64,000 bases of DNA from Candidatus Latescibacterota bacterium (GCA_965248355.1 OZ252098.1:1664001-1728000), one strand, 5' to 3'; shown: positions 42,172-53,741, counted from the stretch's first letter. Notes: generated from the sequence alone by a model not told the origin. Numbers and translations are program-made.

Positions 42172-43236
42172 TCACACCTCCACGCGGCCTCCGCTCCGGG
42201 CCGCGGCATAGGCCGCCTCCACGAAGCGCATCGCCCGCAGGGCGTCGTCGCCGCTGGTGACGAAGTCGCCGCCCATGCGCGCCGCGGCGGCGAAGCGGCG
42301 GACGAACTCCCACCCCAGGCCGCCGCCGTACCCGGTCCCCTCCGGCGGCTCGAGGGTGACCACCTCGGGCCCCGGCCCCTCGCTGCGCGGACCTTCGCTG
42401 TGGATGTACAAGGTGTTCTGCCGGCCCACGAAGTCGAAGTGGGGCCAGACGATCTCGCCCAGATCGCCGCGCAGGGTGATGCCGATGTCCCCGTAGCGCT
42501 GGCGCAGCACGTAGCCGGCGTGCAGGCTGCCCAGGGCGCCCCCCTGGAGGGTGAAGGAGATGGCGGCCATGTCCTCCACGTCGATCTCGCGGTTGAAGGT
42601 GGCGGTGAAGCCGGAGACCGAGCCGAACTCCTGGCCCGTCAGGTAGCGGACGAGGTCGACGTGGTGGATGGCCAGCCAGTGCAGGATGCCGCCGCCGGCG
42701 ACGGCCTTGCGGAACAGCCAGTGCCCGGGGCCGCGCTGGCGGACCGAGCTGGTGACCAGGCGCGCCTCGATCGACTGGACCCGTCCGATGGCCTGCTCCT
42801 CCACCACGAGGCGGCGGATCCGGCGTGCCTCCGGCGTCAGGCGGTTGAGGAACCCGGGCGCCCAGATCGTCCCTCCCCGGGCGGCGGCCTCGTTGAGCCG
42901 CTCGATGTCGCCGCTGCCGCGTCCGGCCGGCTTCTCGACGAGGCACGGCAGACCCCCGGCCAGCAGCTTCGAGCCGAGGTCGGCGGCCTGGTCGTTGCGC
43001 ACCGACAGCAGGGTGGCGTCGGGCCGGCAGGATGGCTCGAGGAGGTCCTCCGGCGAGACGGCCTCGGCCTCCTCCGGGACCTCCGGGCGGGGGCCGGGCT
43101 CGTCGATGTCGCAGACCAGGAGCCGCTCTGCCTCGGGCAGGGTGTGGAGGGTCTCCAGCCAGCCTCTGCTGTGGGGCGCCGTCAGGCCCACGAGGGCCAG
43201 GGTCAGGGGCCGGCCCGCGGTCTCGGACTCAGACAT
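42172..43236 (-). CDS. Gfo/Idh/MocA-family oxidoreductase
   Basis: Motifs VEKP, GGGILHWLAIHHVD and VED.A. Confidence 0.85.
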   Translation of the reverse strand: MSESETAGRPLTLALVGLTAPHSRGWLETLHTLPEAERLLVCDIDEPGPRPEVPEEAEAVSPEDLLEPSCRPDATLLSVRNDQAADLGSKLLAGGLPCLVEKPAGRGSGDIERLNEAAARGGTIWAPGFLNRLTPEARRIRRLVVEEQAIGRVQSIEARLVTSSVRQRGPGHWLFRKAVAGGGILHWLAIHHVDLVRYLTGQEFGSVSGFTATFNREIDVEDMAAISFTLQGGALGSLHAGYVLRQRYGDIGITLRGDLGEIVWPHFDFVGRQNTLYIHSEGPRSEGPGPEVVTLEPPEGTGYGGGLGWEFVRRFAAAARMGGDFVTSGDDALRAMRFVEAAYAAARSGGRVEV

Positions 43237-44221
43237 GGGGCGCCTCGAAGGCGACGGGACGGCCTTCACGGGAGGAGCGGTAGATCGCCTCCAGGAGAGC
43301 CACCGTGCGCCGGCCCTCCCTGCCGTCGACACGCAGGGGGGTGTCCCTCTGCAGGCAGGAGACCACGTCCTCGACGATGTTGTGCAGTGGGTTGTCCACC
43401 GATGCCATCTTCTCCTCCAGGCCGGCGCCGAAGCACCGCGCCTCGCCGCTGAGCACCGCGTCGATGAGGACGCCGCCCTCGGTGCCGTGGACCTCGGCGC
43501 TGAAGTAGGCGCTCTCGGGAAAGGTCGTGGTGCCGACGATGCCGCCGCGGGCTCCGCCGGGATACCGCAGGATCGCCATGCCCACGTCCTCGGTCTCGAT
43601 CTCGTGATCGAGGACCGCCGCCTCGCCGTAGACCTGCTCGGGATCGCCCATGAACCACAGCAGGAGGTCGATCAGGTGCGAGCCCTGGTTGGCCAGGGAG
43701 CCGCCGCCGTCCATCCTCCAGGTGCCGCGCCAGCCGCCGCCCTGGGTGAAGTAGCCGTCGGAGCGGTACCACTTGAAGCGCACCTCCCCGAGCAGGGGCC
43801 GCCCGAGCCATCCCTCGCGGAGGGCCGTGGCGACGCGGAAGTTGGTGTCCACGTAGCGGCTCTGGTAGTCGACGGCCAGTTGCACGCCGGCGGCATCGGC
43901 GGCCGCGATCAGGCGGTCGCAGGCCTCGGTGGAGACGTCCATGGGCTTGGTGGTGACCACGTGCTTGCCGGCCTCGGCGCAACGCACCCCCAGCTCGCCG
44001 TGCAGGCCGCTCGGGGTCATGACCATGACCACGTCCACGTCGCCGCGCCCGAGGACGTCGTCGAGATCGGTCAGCGCGTCGCACGACAGCTCCTCGCCGA
44101 CCTCCCGCGCCAGCGCCTCGCGGAGGTCGCAGACGCAGCGCAGCTCGGCCCCCGCCGTTTCGTGGATCAGGCGGGCGCGGCTGCGCCCCATGCCGAGCCC
44201 GACGACGGCGAAGCCCGTCAT
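43229..44221 (-). CDS. Gfo/Idh/MocA-family oxidoreductase
   Basis: Motifs VVGLGMG, TTKP and WRGTW..DGGGSLANQGSHLID. Confidence 0.88.
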   Translation of the reverse strand: MTGFAVVGLGMGRSRARLIHETAGAELRCVCDLREALAREVGEELSCDALTDLDDVLGRGDVDVVMVMTPSGLHGELGVRCAEAGKHVVTTKPMDVSTEACDRLIAAADAAGVQLAVDYQSRYVDTNFRVATALREGWLGRPLLGEVRFKWYRSDGYFTQGGGWRGTWRMDGGGSLANQGSHLIDLLLWFMGDPEQVYGEAAVLDHEIETEDVGMAILRYPGGARGGIVGTTTFPESAYFSAEVHGTEGGVLIDAVLSGEARCFGAGLEEKMASVDNPLHNIVEDVVSCLQRDTPLRVDGREGRRTVALLEAIYRSSREGRPVAFEAPHV

Positions 44222-45093
44222 CAGAGGATCCCCCCCTTGAGGAACTGGGCCACGTGGTCGCGTCCCCGGACCAGGCCTTCCTGCTGCAGCAGGGGCGTAT
44301 CCCAGAAGTGGTGGTCCTCCAGCTCGACGCTGAGCACGCCGTCGTAGCCGATCTCCTGCAGGCGGCGCACCACGACCTGCCAGTCCACCACCCCCTCGCC
44401 CGGGATCGTGTAACGCCACCAGCCCTCTCCGAAGCCGTAGGTGCGGGAGTAGCTCTCGCCGAGGATGCCGCTCTCGTAGAGCTTCTCGGGCAGGATCTCC
44501 GTGTCCTTCAGGTGCACGTGGTGGACCCGGTCGCCGAACTCGTGCAGCAGGCGAAGGTGGTCGATCTGGAGGCGGACGAAGTGGGAGGGGTCGTAGCAGA
44601 TGCCCAGATTGGGGGACGGAACGGCCTGGAAGAGGCGTCGCAGGCTCTCCGGGGTGCAGCCCAGGTTGCCGTACCAGGGAGCGCCTCCAGGCCACGGCTC
44701 GATGGCGATCTTCACCCCCACCTTCTCGGCGTGCTCCACGACGCGGGGATAGACCTTCTCGAAGATCTCGAAGGTCTCCGCCCGGCTCTGGGTCGGCTCC
44801 GCCGGTCCCAGCACCGTGAAGCAGGTCTTGCCGCCGTGCCGGGAGATGGCCGTGAGGTCCTTCTTCAGCGCGCTCAGGGCCTTTCGCCGCTGGGCCGCGT
44901 CGTTCGACAACAGCCCCCCGCCGCTGATGTCGCAGGTGCCGATGGCCAGCGAATGCTCTTTGCACGTCCTGGCTATCTTCGCGGTCAGAGGCGGCGTATC
45001 GATGGCGTCGAAGCCGTTCTCGGCGAGCCACTGACAAAACCCCTCGAAGCCGATGTCCCGGGCAAAGCCCGGCAGTCGAGTCCCGATCTTCAT
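44221..45093 (-). CDS. Sugar phosphate isomerase/epimerase (xylose isomerase-like TIM barrel)
   Basis: Metal motifs IAIEP, YDPSH, HVHLKD and SVELED. Confidence 0.87.
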   Translation of the reverse strand: MKIGTRLPGFARDIGFEGFCQWLAENGFDAIDTPPLTAKIARTCKEHSLAIGTCDISGGGLLSNDAAQRRKALSALKKDLTAISRHGGKTCFTVLGPAEPTQSRAETFEIFEKVYPRVVEHAEKVGVKIAIEPWPGGAPWYGNLGCTPESLRRLFQAVPSPNLGICYDPSHFVRLQIDHLRLLHEFGDRVHHVHLKDTEILPEKLYESGILGESYSRTYGFGEGWWRYTIPGEGVVDWQVVVRRLQEIGYDGVLSVELEDHHFWDTPLLQQEGLVRGRDHVAQFLKGGIL

Positions 45094-45263
45094 CCCTTGT
45101 CTCCTGGCGGCGGCAGGCAACGGTGAGCGACGGCGGGGAACCTGTCAAGCGGCCTCGCCGCTGGCCGGCACCACTCCTATCCTTAGCCCGCGAGCCCTCT
45201 GCGCTCTGCGAGCGCCGAGACCGACGCCACTCCTCCCCGAGAATCGAAAGGACCGGACCCCAG

Positions 45264-46034
45264 ATGAATCTAGTCACCAGCGGCGACCGGGAACGCCGCG
45301 TCTTCGTCGGCGACCTGTCGCGCAAGGAGTTCCGCCAGCGCCTGGAAGCCGGCACCCTGAAGGCGGCCATCGTGCCCACAGCCGCCACCGAGCAGCACAG
45401 CGAGCACCTGGAGATGATTCACGACACCCTCCACGCCACCTGGATGGCCGAGCAGGCCGCCCTGCGGCTCTACCCCCGCGCCGTGGTCACCTCGCCGGTC
45501 TGCGTGGGCGTCTCCGAGCACTGGATGGTCCACCGGGGCACCCTGACGGTGCGCCCCGAGATCTTCTGCGAGTACGTCTTCGACATCTGCCACTCCATGG
45601 TCCGCGCCGGCCTGCGCAACGTGCTGATTCTCAATGGTCACGGCGGCAACGTGAAACCCTTGATGCGCCGCCTCGACGAGTACCGGGACCGCCTGGGCGC
45701 GGAGGTGAACCTGAGGTTCCAATCCTACTGGGACGTGTACGACCCCAATCTTGTGAGCGAGACGATGGATCACGGCCGCCTGCCCGGGCACGCCGACGAG
45801 TTCGAGACCTCGACCATGCTCGCCCTGGCCCCGGAGCGGGTCCACGCCGGGGACATCGAGGACGAGGCGTCCCGGGCCGCAAGCCGCGAGAAGGGCGAGA
45901 GGCTGCTGGAGCCCGCCGTGGCCGGCGTGGCGCGCATCGTGGAGCGCATGATCGCCGGCGAGGAGGTGGACCGGCCGCCCGTGACCTTCCGCGCGGCCGG
46001 GCGCATCCACATGATCACCAACGAGCCGGTCTGA
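45264..46034 (+). CDS. Creatininase-family amidohydrolase (paralogue of 25722)
   Basis: Motifs TEQHSEHL..HD, GVSEHW, NGHGGN and HADEFETS. Confidence 0.85.
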   Translation: MNLVTSGDRERRVFVGDLSRKEFRQRLEAGTLKAAIVPTAATEQHSEHLEMIHDTLHATWMAEQAALRLYPRAVVTSPVCVGVSEHWMVHRGTLTVRPEIFCEYVFDICHSMVRAGLRNVLILNGHGGNVKPLMRRLDEYRDRLGAEVNLRFQSYWDVYDPNLVSETMDHGRLPGHADEFETSTMLALAPERVHAGDIEDEASRAASREKGERLLEPAVAGVARIVERMIAGEEVDRPPVTFRAAGRIHMITNEPV

Positions 46035-46046
46035 CTTCCGGCGGCG

Positions 46047-47098
46047 TCAGGGCCGCAGCACCACCCCCAGGGCGCCCTCTGGCCGCTCGACCAGCTCGTC
46101 CACGGCGGCGCCGATCTGGTCGAGCCCGAAGCGGTGCGTGATCAGCGGCTCCACCCGCAGCCGGGCGTCGGCCACGGCCCGCAGGCACTCCGCCAGGTTG
46201 CGCCGCGTCGGCCATTCCACGAAGACCGGCGGGTAGGCGGCGCCGTGCTCGTAAGCCTCGTCGTGATAGCCGGGGCCTGTGCGCGCGGCGCTGCGCACGT
46301 CGACGTTGCCCAGGGCCGCGGCGAAACCGTGGCTGATGCGGGCGCCGCCGACGACGACGATCCGGCCCATGCGGTGCGTGTCCGGGGCCCGCTTCAGGGT
46401 GGCGGCGATCTGCTCGAAGGCGCCGGTGGCGTCGCCGCCGAAGGCGATGACGCCGAAGTCCATGCCGTACCCGCCCGTGAAGTCGGCCGCCAGGCCGACC
46501 GGGTCCTCCTCCTCCTCCTCCTCCTCGCCGGCGACGGCTTCGAGGCCCAGCTTCCGCGCCAGCCGTCGTCGCAGGTCGAAGCGGTCCACGCCCATCATGT
46601 GACAGCCTGACAGCCGTCCGAACTGGACCGTCAGCTGGCCCACCAGGCCCAGTCCCACCACCAGGCCGTTCTCGCCGAAGACCGGGGCCGCGCGCCGGAT
46701 GGCATGCAGGGCCGTGGCCGCCAGATGGGCGAAGGCGGCGGCCTCGAAGCTGACTCCCTGGGGAATGGGCACGGTGAGATGCACGGGCACGTGGCAGCGG
46801 TCGGCGTGGTGCGCGTAGCCTCCCCCCATGCAGGCGATCCGGTCTCCCGCACGATACCCCTCCACCCCTTCTCCCAGCCCGCGCACGACGCCGGCATTGG
46901 CGTACCCGAAGGGCCGGGCCGGCTGCTCCGGTCGCGGATGCCGCCGCATGTCCGGCACCCTGCCGAGCTCCGTGCCCGGGCTGATCAGGGAGGCCCGCAC
47001 CTCGACCTCGACCCGTCCCGCGGCCGGCGCGCCGAGTTCCTCCTCGATCAGCACGCCCTCGCCGCGACCATCGATACAGGCCACTCTGCGGCGGTGCA

Positions 47099-47099
<1 letters not shown>
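46047..47099 (-). CDS. Medium-chain (zinc-binding-type) dehydrogenase
   Basis: Motifs SLISPGTE, GYANAG.V and VVGLGLVG; C-terminal LITHRF. Confidence 0.82.
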
Positions 47100-47869
<770 letters not shown>

Positions 47870-47892
47870 GGCTTGTCCCTTTCGGAATGGCC

Positions 47893-48885
47893 TCAGCCGT
47901 GGGGCTCGAGGGCCCCCGGATCGACCGTGAAGAGCGCCGCCACGTAGAGGGCGCAAAGGACCAGCAGGACGACCCCCTTCCAGCGCTCGAAGCGATGCCC
48001 CAGCCGCATCAGGCCCAGCATGGTGAAGACGATGACGAGCATGGCGGGGAACATGAAGTGGATGATGTCCTCCTCGACGACGAGGTCGTGGACGGTCGCC
48101 GAGGCCCCGGCGATCCAGCAGATGTTGAGGATGTCGGCCCCGAGGATGTTGCCCACCGCCAGGCTCCCCTGCCGCTTGCGCGCCGCCGCCACGCAGGTGG
48201 CGACCTCGGGGATCGACGTCCCAAGGGCGACGACGAGGAGGGCGATGATGACGTCCGAGACGCCCATGGCGGCGGCCAGCACCGGCGCCGACAGGACGAT
48301 CCCCTCGCTGCTGACCAGCACCCCCCCCAGGCCGATCCCGAGCAGCAGCAGCAGGCGCGGCCAGGAGCGCGGGGGCTCGCTCAAGTCCAGCTCCTCGGTC
48401 ACCGGATGCCCGCGGCGCTCCCAGTAGGCGTATACCAGGTAGGCGAAGAACCCGAGGACGAGCAGGCCGCCCTCCCAGCGCACGAGGGCGCCGTCGGCGC
48501 ACATCCAGTAGGCTCCGAGATGGGCGGCGATCAGGAAGGTGGCGGCCGAGCGCAGGACGATACGGTCGATGGCCACCACGACGGGCGAGAACAGGGCCAC
48601 CATGGGCAGGGCCAGGCCGTCGTCGTAGATCACCGATCCCACGGCGTTGCCCAGGGCGATTTCCGCGCGGCCCTCGAGAGCCGCCCGCACCGAGACCGCC
48701 AGCTCCGGCGCCGTGGTGCCCAGGCTGACGACGGCGATGCCGATCAGGATCGGCGGCACGCTCATGCGCCGGGCCATGTCGGCGGCCCCGTCCACCATCC
48801 AGTCCGCGCATTTCACCAGGACGGCGAAGCAGCCCGCCATGAGGACCAGCGCGCCCCAGACACCCTGGGCTGTGAGCCACTCCAT
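47893..48885 (-). CDS. Calcium/sodium antiporter (YrbG family)
   Basis: Two alpha repeats GTTAPE...GNAVGS and GTSIPE...GNILGA; multiple TM helices. Confidence 0.9.
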   Translation of the reverse strand: MEWLTAQGVWGALVLMAGCFAVLVKCADWMVDGAADMARRMSVPPILIGIAVVSLGTTAPELAVSVRAALEGRAEIALGNAVGSVIYDDGLALPMVALFSPVVVAIDRIVLRSAATFLIAAHLGAYWMCADGALVRWEGGLLVLGFFAYLVYAYWERRGHPVTEELDLSEPPRSWPRLLLLLGIGLGGVLVSSEGIVLSAPVLAAAMGVSDVIIALLVVALGTSIPEVATCVAAARKRQGSLAVGNILGADILNICWIAGASATVHDLVVEEDIIHFMFPAMLVIVFTMLGLMRLGHRFERWKGVVLLVLCALYVAALFTVDPGALEPHG

Positions 48886-49037
48886 TCGACCTCGCTTCCC
48901 GCGGGGCGACCCCGGGCACCTCCGGCCGCGGCGCCCGGGCCGCGATCCGGGCGCCGGGAGGATGCCTCCGAGGCAGGGGGATCGGGGGAAAAGGCGGTCA
49001 ACCTACCCCGCCCCCGAGAGGGTGTCAAGAATCCGTA

Positions 49038-49076
49038 TTGGAATAATTATTATTGCAAATAGCATAATTATTCCAT
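49038..49076 (+). promoter_or_regulatory. Tandem ARG boxes (ArgR operator) upstream of argG
   Basis: Cores GGAATAATTATTAT (49040) and AGCATAATTATTCC (49061) are 21 bp apart, as for 18+3 bp tandem ARG boxes; strongly AT-rich patch. Confidence 0.7.
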
Positions 49077-49127
49077 ACCTTCTCCCTCCCTTCATCTCTT
49101 GTCCAACAGCCCGGAGCAGCGGCGACC

Positions 49128-50366
49128 ATGAACTTCCAGGATCTGAGCGGAGGCCGTCTCCTGATGGCGGCCTCCGGCGGCCTCGACAGCTGTACGATCA
49201 CCCACTGGCTCACCCGCCACGGCGTCGAGGTGGTGGCCTACACGGCCGACCTCGGCCAGCCGGACGAGGAGGACATGGAGAACGTGCGCGGGCGCATGCT
49301 CGCCTGCGGCGCCCGGGAGATGATCCTGGCCGATCTGCGGCCGGAGATCGCCGACGCCGGGTTCCAGCTGCTTCGGTGCGGCGCCCGCTACGAGGGCGGC
49401 TACTGGAACACCACCGGCATCGCCCGCCACGTGGTCGTGGCCGGCATGGTCCCCGAGATGGAGCGCCGCGGCATCACGGTCCTCTCCCACGGCGCCACGG
49501 GCCGCGGCAACGACCAGGTCCGGTTCGAGCTGGCCGCGGAGATGCTCAACCCCGATATCCGCGTCTACGCCCCGTGGCGGGACACCGCCTTCCTCGAGGC
49601 CTTCGGCGGCCGCCGGGAGATGATCGAGTACTGCCGGGACCACGGCCTGCCGGTGAAGGCCACCCTCGACAAGCCCTACTCCACCGACGCCAACGTCCTC
49701 GGGCTGACCCACGAGGCCGGCGAGCTGGAGTCCCTGCACACGGCGGCGGCGCTCGTGGAGCCGGGCATGGGCGTCTTCCCCGCGGAGGCGCCGGACGAGG
49801 CGCGCGGCGTGGAGATCCGCTTCGAGGCCGGCCGGCCCGTCGCCCTCGACGGGACCGCCCTGGACGACTTCGACATGATGCGGGCGGCCAACGAGGTCGC
49901 GGGGGCCCACGGCGTCGGCATCGGTCTGCACGCGGTGGAGAACCGCTTCGTGGGCCTGAAGTCCCGGGGGATCTACGAGGCCCCCGGTCTCGAGCTCCTC
50001 GGGTGCTGCTACGAGTACCTCCTGCAGCTGGTCCTCGACCGGCGCAGCCGCCGCTGCTACTCCCAGGTCTGCGGCTGGATCGCCGAGCAGGTCTACCAGG
50101 GCTACTGGTTCGACACCGCCACCCAGGCCTGCCGCGCCTTCGTCGATCACCTCTCCGGGCTGGCCACCGGCACGATCCGCGTCACCCTCTACAAGGGGAC
50201 GGTGCAGTTCGCCTCGGCCGAGGACGTGCCCCACTCCCTCTACCGCGAGGAGACGGCCTCCATGGAGGCGGTGGGGGACTTCGACCATCGGGATTCCACG
50301 GGGTTCCTCGGCGTCCTCGGCGTGAGCGCCCGGATTCTGAACCAGGCGAACCAGATCGAGCGCTGA
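49128..50366 (+). CDS. argG: Argininosuccinate synthase
   Basis: Motifs ASGGLDS, HGATGRGNDQVRFE, YSTDAN and ENRFVGLKSRGIYEAPG. Confidence 0.96.
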   Translation: MNFQDLSGGRLLMAASGGLDSCTITHWLTRHGVEVVAYTADLGQPDEEDMENVRGRMLACGAREMILADLRPEIADAGFQLLRCGARYEGGYWNTTGIARHVVVAGMVPEMERRGITVLSHGATGRGNDQVRFELAAEMLNPDIRVYAPWRDTAFLEAFGGRREMIEYCRDHGLPVKATLDKPYSTDANVLGLTHEAGELESLHTAAALVEPGMGVFPAEAPDEARGVEIRFEAGRPVALDGTALDDFDMMRAANEVAGAHGVGIGLHAVENRFVGLKSRGIYEAPGLELLGCCYEYLLQLVLDRRSRRCYSQVCGWIAEQVYQGYWFDTATQACRAFVDHLSGLATGTIRVTLYKGTVQFASAEDVPHSLYREETASMEAVGDFDHRDSTGFLGVLGVSARILNQANQIER

Positions 50367-50372
50367 CGGTCC

Positions 50373-51188
50373 TCACACCGCTTCTGCCACCCAGACCTGC
50401 TCGCCGTGGCCGGGATAGGGCCGGCCGTCGAAGCCTCCCCACAGGGCGACCGGCTGGAAGCCGGCCGCCTCCAGCATCCACTCCATCTCGTAGCGGAAGG
50501 TGTAGCGCAGCAGCAGTTCCCCGCGCTCCGTGCCGGCGACCTCGCCGCCGCCATCGAGGGTCTCGAACCAGAGCTCCTGCCGCAGGAGCTGCTCCGCCAG
50601 GTCGTACTCCCGCCGGTAGCGGACCCGCACGGTCCTCCCCTGGCCGCCGGCGAACTCCGTGTCCACGGGGAGCTGGTCGACGGCGGTCTCCGGCGGGGGT
50701 CCGCGGAGGACGACGGCTTCCAGGTCGAGGGTGGGATCGAACTGGTTGAGGGCCAGGCGCCCCCCGGGTTCCAGCAGGTCGCGAAAGCCGCTGAGCGCGG
50801 CGAACTGGTCCTCCGGCGTGAGCAGGTGCTGGAAGGTGCGGTACGGCAGGCTGACGAGACCGAAGGGCCCGGGCAACTCCGGCGGGTCCCTCATGTCCCC
50901 GAGGCACAGGGTGACGCGGGAGGCGACCTCGGCCGGAAGGGCGGCGGACCGGGCGCGGGCGGCGGCCAGCATCTCGGGAGAGAGCTCGAGGCCCGTGGCC
51001 CGGAGGCCTGCGGCGGCCACGGGGAACAGGGTCCGGCCGGTGCCGCAGCCCGGCTCCAGGACGGGCCCCCCCGTTTCGACGGCCAGGTCGCGGTAGAACT
51101 CGACCTCGCCGGGCAGGCCGGTGTCGTAGCGGTCGTAGTGGCGGGCCAGGGGGCCGGAGTACCCGCTGGCGGAGGGGCCGCCGCTCAG
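50373..51188 (-). CDS. Class I SAM-dependent methyltransferase (probable CTG start)
   Basis: Motifs [19 protein letters not shown] and GDMRD. No ATG/GTG/TTG between the mdh stop and motif I. Confidence 0.8.
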   Translation of the reverse strand: MSGGPSASGYSGPLARHYDRYDTGLPGEVEFYRDLAVETGGPVLEPGCGTGRTLFPVAAAGLRATGLELSPEMLAAARARSAALPAEVASRVTLCLGDMRDPPELPGPFGLVSLPYRTFQHLLTPEDQFAALSGFRDLLEPGGRLALNQFDPTLDLEAVVLRGPPPETAVDQLPVDTEFAGGQGRTVRVRYRREYDLAEQLLRQELWFETLDGGGEVAGTERGELLLRYTFRYEMEWMLEAAGFQPVALWGGFDGRPYPGHGEQVWVAEAV

Positions 51189-52171
51189 AGCAGGTCCTCG
51201 ACGACGGCGCGCTCCTCGAGCAGCTCGTCCTCCGTGGCCTTGATCCTGCCGCGGGCGAACTCGCTCAGCTCCAGACCCTCCACGACGTGGATCCCCCCCT
51301 GGCCGTCGGAGCGCACGGGGAAGGAGAAGACCAGGCCCTCGTCGATGCCGTAGCTGCGCGTGGAGGGAATCGCCGCCGAGAAGAACTCTCCCTCGGGGGT
51401 GGCCTGCAGGACGCTGCGTACGTGATCGAGGGCGGCGTTGGCCGCCGAGGCGGCGCTCGACAGGCCGCGGGCGGCGATCACCTCGGCGCCGCGCTGCTGC
51501 ACGGTCTGGATGAACTCGCCCTGCAGCCAGCCCACGTGGCCGATGACCTCGGTGCACGGGCGGCCGCGGACCTTCCCGTTCTCGGCATCCGGGTACTGGG
51601 TGGCGGAGTGGTTCCCCCAGATCGCCACGTTCGTCACCTCGGCCACCTTGACCCCCGCCTTGATCGCCAACTGAGCCTGGGCCCGGTTCTGGTCCAGGCG
51701 GGTCATGGCGTGGAAGCGCTCCCGGGGGATCCCGCCCCGCACGCCGTGATGCATGGCGATGAGGCAGTTCGTATTGGCCGGGTTGCCGACCACGAGGACG
51801 CGCACGTCGGCGGCCGCCCGGGCCAGGGCCTGGCCCTGACCGACGAAGATCGGGCCGTTCTCACGGATCAGGTCGCCGCGCTCCATGCCCTGGCCGCGCG
51901 GCTTGGAGCCGATCAGCAGGCCCCAGTTGACACCCTCGAAGGCCTCCCGCGCATCGTCGGTGATCCGGATCTCGTCGAGGAGCGGGAAGGCGCAGTCCTG
52001 CAGCTCCATGACGACGCCTTCGAGCGCCGGCAGGGCCGGGGTGATCTCGAGCAGATGCAGGGCCACGCGGGTGTCGTGGCCGAAGACCTCCCCCGAGGCG
52101 AGCCGGGGAAGGATGGCGTATCCGATCTGTCCGGCAGCGCCGGTGACGGCAACGCGTACGGTGCGTGGCAT
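51185..52171 (-). CDS. mdh: Malate dehydrogenase
   Basis: Motifs [34 protein letters not shown] and WGNHS. Confidence 0.96.
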   Translation of the reverse strand: MPRTVRVAVTGAAGQIGYAILPRLASGEVFGHDTRVALHLLEITPALPALEGVVMELQDCAFPLLDEIRITDDAREAFEGVNWGLLIGSKPRGQGMERGDLIRENGPIFVGQGQALARAAADVRVLVVGNPANTNCLIAMHHGVRGGIPRERFHAMTRLDQNRAQAQLAIKAGVKVAEVTNVAIWGNHSATQYPDAENGKVRGRPCTEVIGHVGWLQGEFIQTVQQRGAEVIAARGLSSAASAANAALDHVRSVLQATPEGEFFSAAIPSTRSYGIDEGLVFSFPVRSDGQGGIHVVEGLELSEFARGRIKATEDELLEERAVVEDLL

Positions 52172-52363
52172 GCGGTGCGAACTCCTGTCGAGGGGCGGGC
52201 GCGGACCCGGTGGGCCGCTTGACCCGCGCCGGGTTCCGCCGGGAGGGGAGCACAAATCTGCCGACTCCCCTCTGCAGGCACAAGGAAGGGGCCGTCGCTA
52301 TCGGCTGCCCGGGCGCCTGCCTATACTGTGGCGAAACCTCGAACGAAAGGACAGGACCCGACC

Positions 52364-53515
52364 ATGGCCACCCCTTCCATCCTGCTGTGCGGCGGGCACG
52401 TGATCGACCCGAGGAACGGCGTCGACGGTCCGGCCGAGGTAGCCATCGCCGACGGTGTGATCCAGGCCGTGGGACCCGACCTCGGCCTGAAGGCCGACAA
52501 GAGGATCGACGTGAGCGGGCTCTACGTCACCCCGGGGCTGATCGACATCCACGTGCACGCGTACGGCGGCTACCAGGGCTGGATGTTCCCCGACCCCCAT
52601 TCCCTGCCGAACGGCGTGACCACCGTCGTCGACACGGGCGGGGCCGGTTGGCAGGACCTCGACGACTTCGTCACCACCATCATCGAGCCGGCCTGCACCC
52701 GGGTCCTGGCCTTCGTCAACATCGTCGGGGCCGGCATGACGGGCGGCCCGGAGCAGGATGTCCGCGAGATGGTTCCGGAAGCCTGCGCCGAGGCCGTGGG
52801 GCGCCATCCCCAACACTGCGTGGGAACCAAGTCCGCCCACTTCGGAGGGCCCGGGTGGGAGTCGGCCGGCGGCGCCATCGAGGCCGCCCGGCTGTCCGGG
52901 TCGATCGCCATGATCGACTTCGCTCCCAAGCCGACCCGAAGCTACCGGGAGCTGCTCGAACGCATGAGCCCGGGCGACATCCACACCCACCTCTACGCCG
53001 CCCACATACCCCTGCTCGACGAGGAGTCGAGGGTCAACGGCTACGTGAGGCAGGCCCGCGAGCGCGGCGTCCTCTTCGACACCGGACACGGCAACGGCAG
53101 CTTCTGGTTCCGCATCGCCGTGCCCGCCATGGAGCAGGGCTTCCCGCCCGACACGATCAGCACCGACCTGCACAAGGCCAGCCGGATGCTTCCGAACGCC
53201 ACCATGCCGGTCACCATGTCCAAGTTTCTCGCCCTCGGCATGCCGCTGGGGGAGATCGTCTACCGGTCGACGCAGAAGGCGGCCGAAGCGATCCTCCGGC
53301 CGGAGCTCGGCCACCTGACGCCGGGCTCCGAGGCGGACGTGGCCGTCCTCGCCCTTCACCGGGGCGCCTTCGGATTCGTCGACTCGGGGCGGGCCCGCAT
53401 GATGGGCGGCGAGAAGCTCGAATGCGAGCTCACCCTGCGCGCCGGCCGCGTCGTCTGGGACCTCAACGGCCGCAGCCGGCCCGGCTGGGAGGATCTCGGA
53501 GCAGGCCACCCGTAA
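52364..53515 (+). CDS. Amidohydrolase/deacetylase-family metallohydrolase (dihydroorotase-like)
   Basis: Motifs PGLIDIHVH, GVTTVVD.G, GDIHTH, FDTGHGNGSF and ISTDLH. TATACT at 52322. Confidence 0.85.
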   Translation: MATPSILLCGGHVIDPRNGVDGPAEVAIADGVIQAVGPDLGLKADKRIDVSGLYVTPGLIDIHVHAYGGYQGWMFPDPHSLPNGVTTVVDTGGAGWQDLDDFVTTIIEPACTRVLAFVNIVGAGMTGGPEQDVREMVPEACAEAVGRHPQHCVGTKSAHFGGPGWESAGGAIEAARLSGSIAMIDFAPKPTRSYRELLERMSPGDIHTHLYAAHIPLLDEESRVNGYVRQARERGVLFDTGHGNGSFWFRIAVPAMEQGFPPDTISTDLHKASRMLPNATMPVTMSKFLALGMPLGEIVYRSTQKAAEAILRPELGHLTPGSEADVAVLALHRGAFGFVDSGRARMMGGEKLECELTLRAGRVVWDLNGRSRPGWEDLGAGHP

Positions 53516-53601
53516 CGGAGAGCGCTCGCGATCGGGTTGACAGATCGGTGAGGTGACGCGAGGTTAGCGTGCTCGCCCGGCCCCGGGCGAACGGTTAATC
53601 G

Positions 53602-53687
53602 GGGGAGATACCCAAGCGGTCAACGGGGGCAGACTGTAAATCTGCTGGCGCACGCCTTCGCAGGTTCGAATCCTGCTCTCCCCACCA
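53602..53687 (+). tRNA. tRNA-Tyr (GUA)
   Basis: GGGGAGA...GCAGA-CTGTAAA-TCTGC, long variable arm, GGTTCGAATCC, TCTCCCC-A-CCA. Confidence 0.97.
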
Positions 53688-53741
53688 CTCTTCCTGCTGC
53701 GCCCGCCGTCCTTCCCCGGCCTTTCTACAGGCCAGGGCCCC

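Noticed and set aside
46505..46527. (GAG)n run as a phase-variable repeat
   Set aside because: In-frame trinucleotide run encoding poly-Glu; slippage would not shift the frame.
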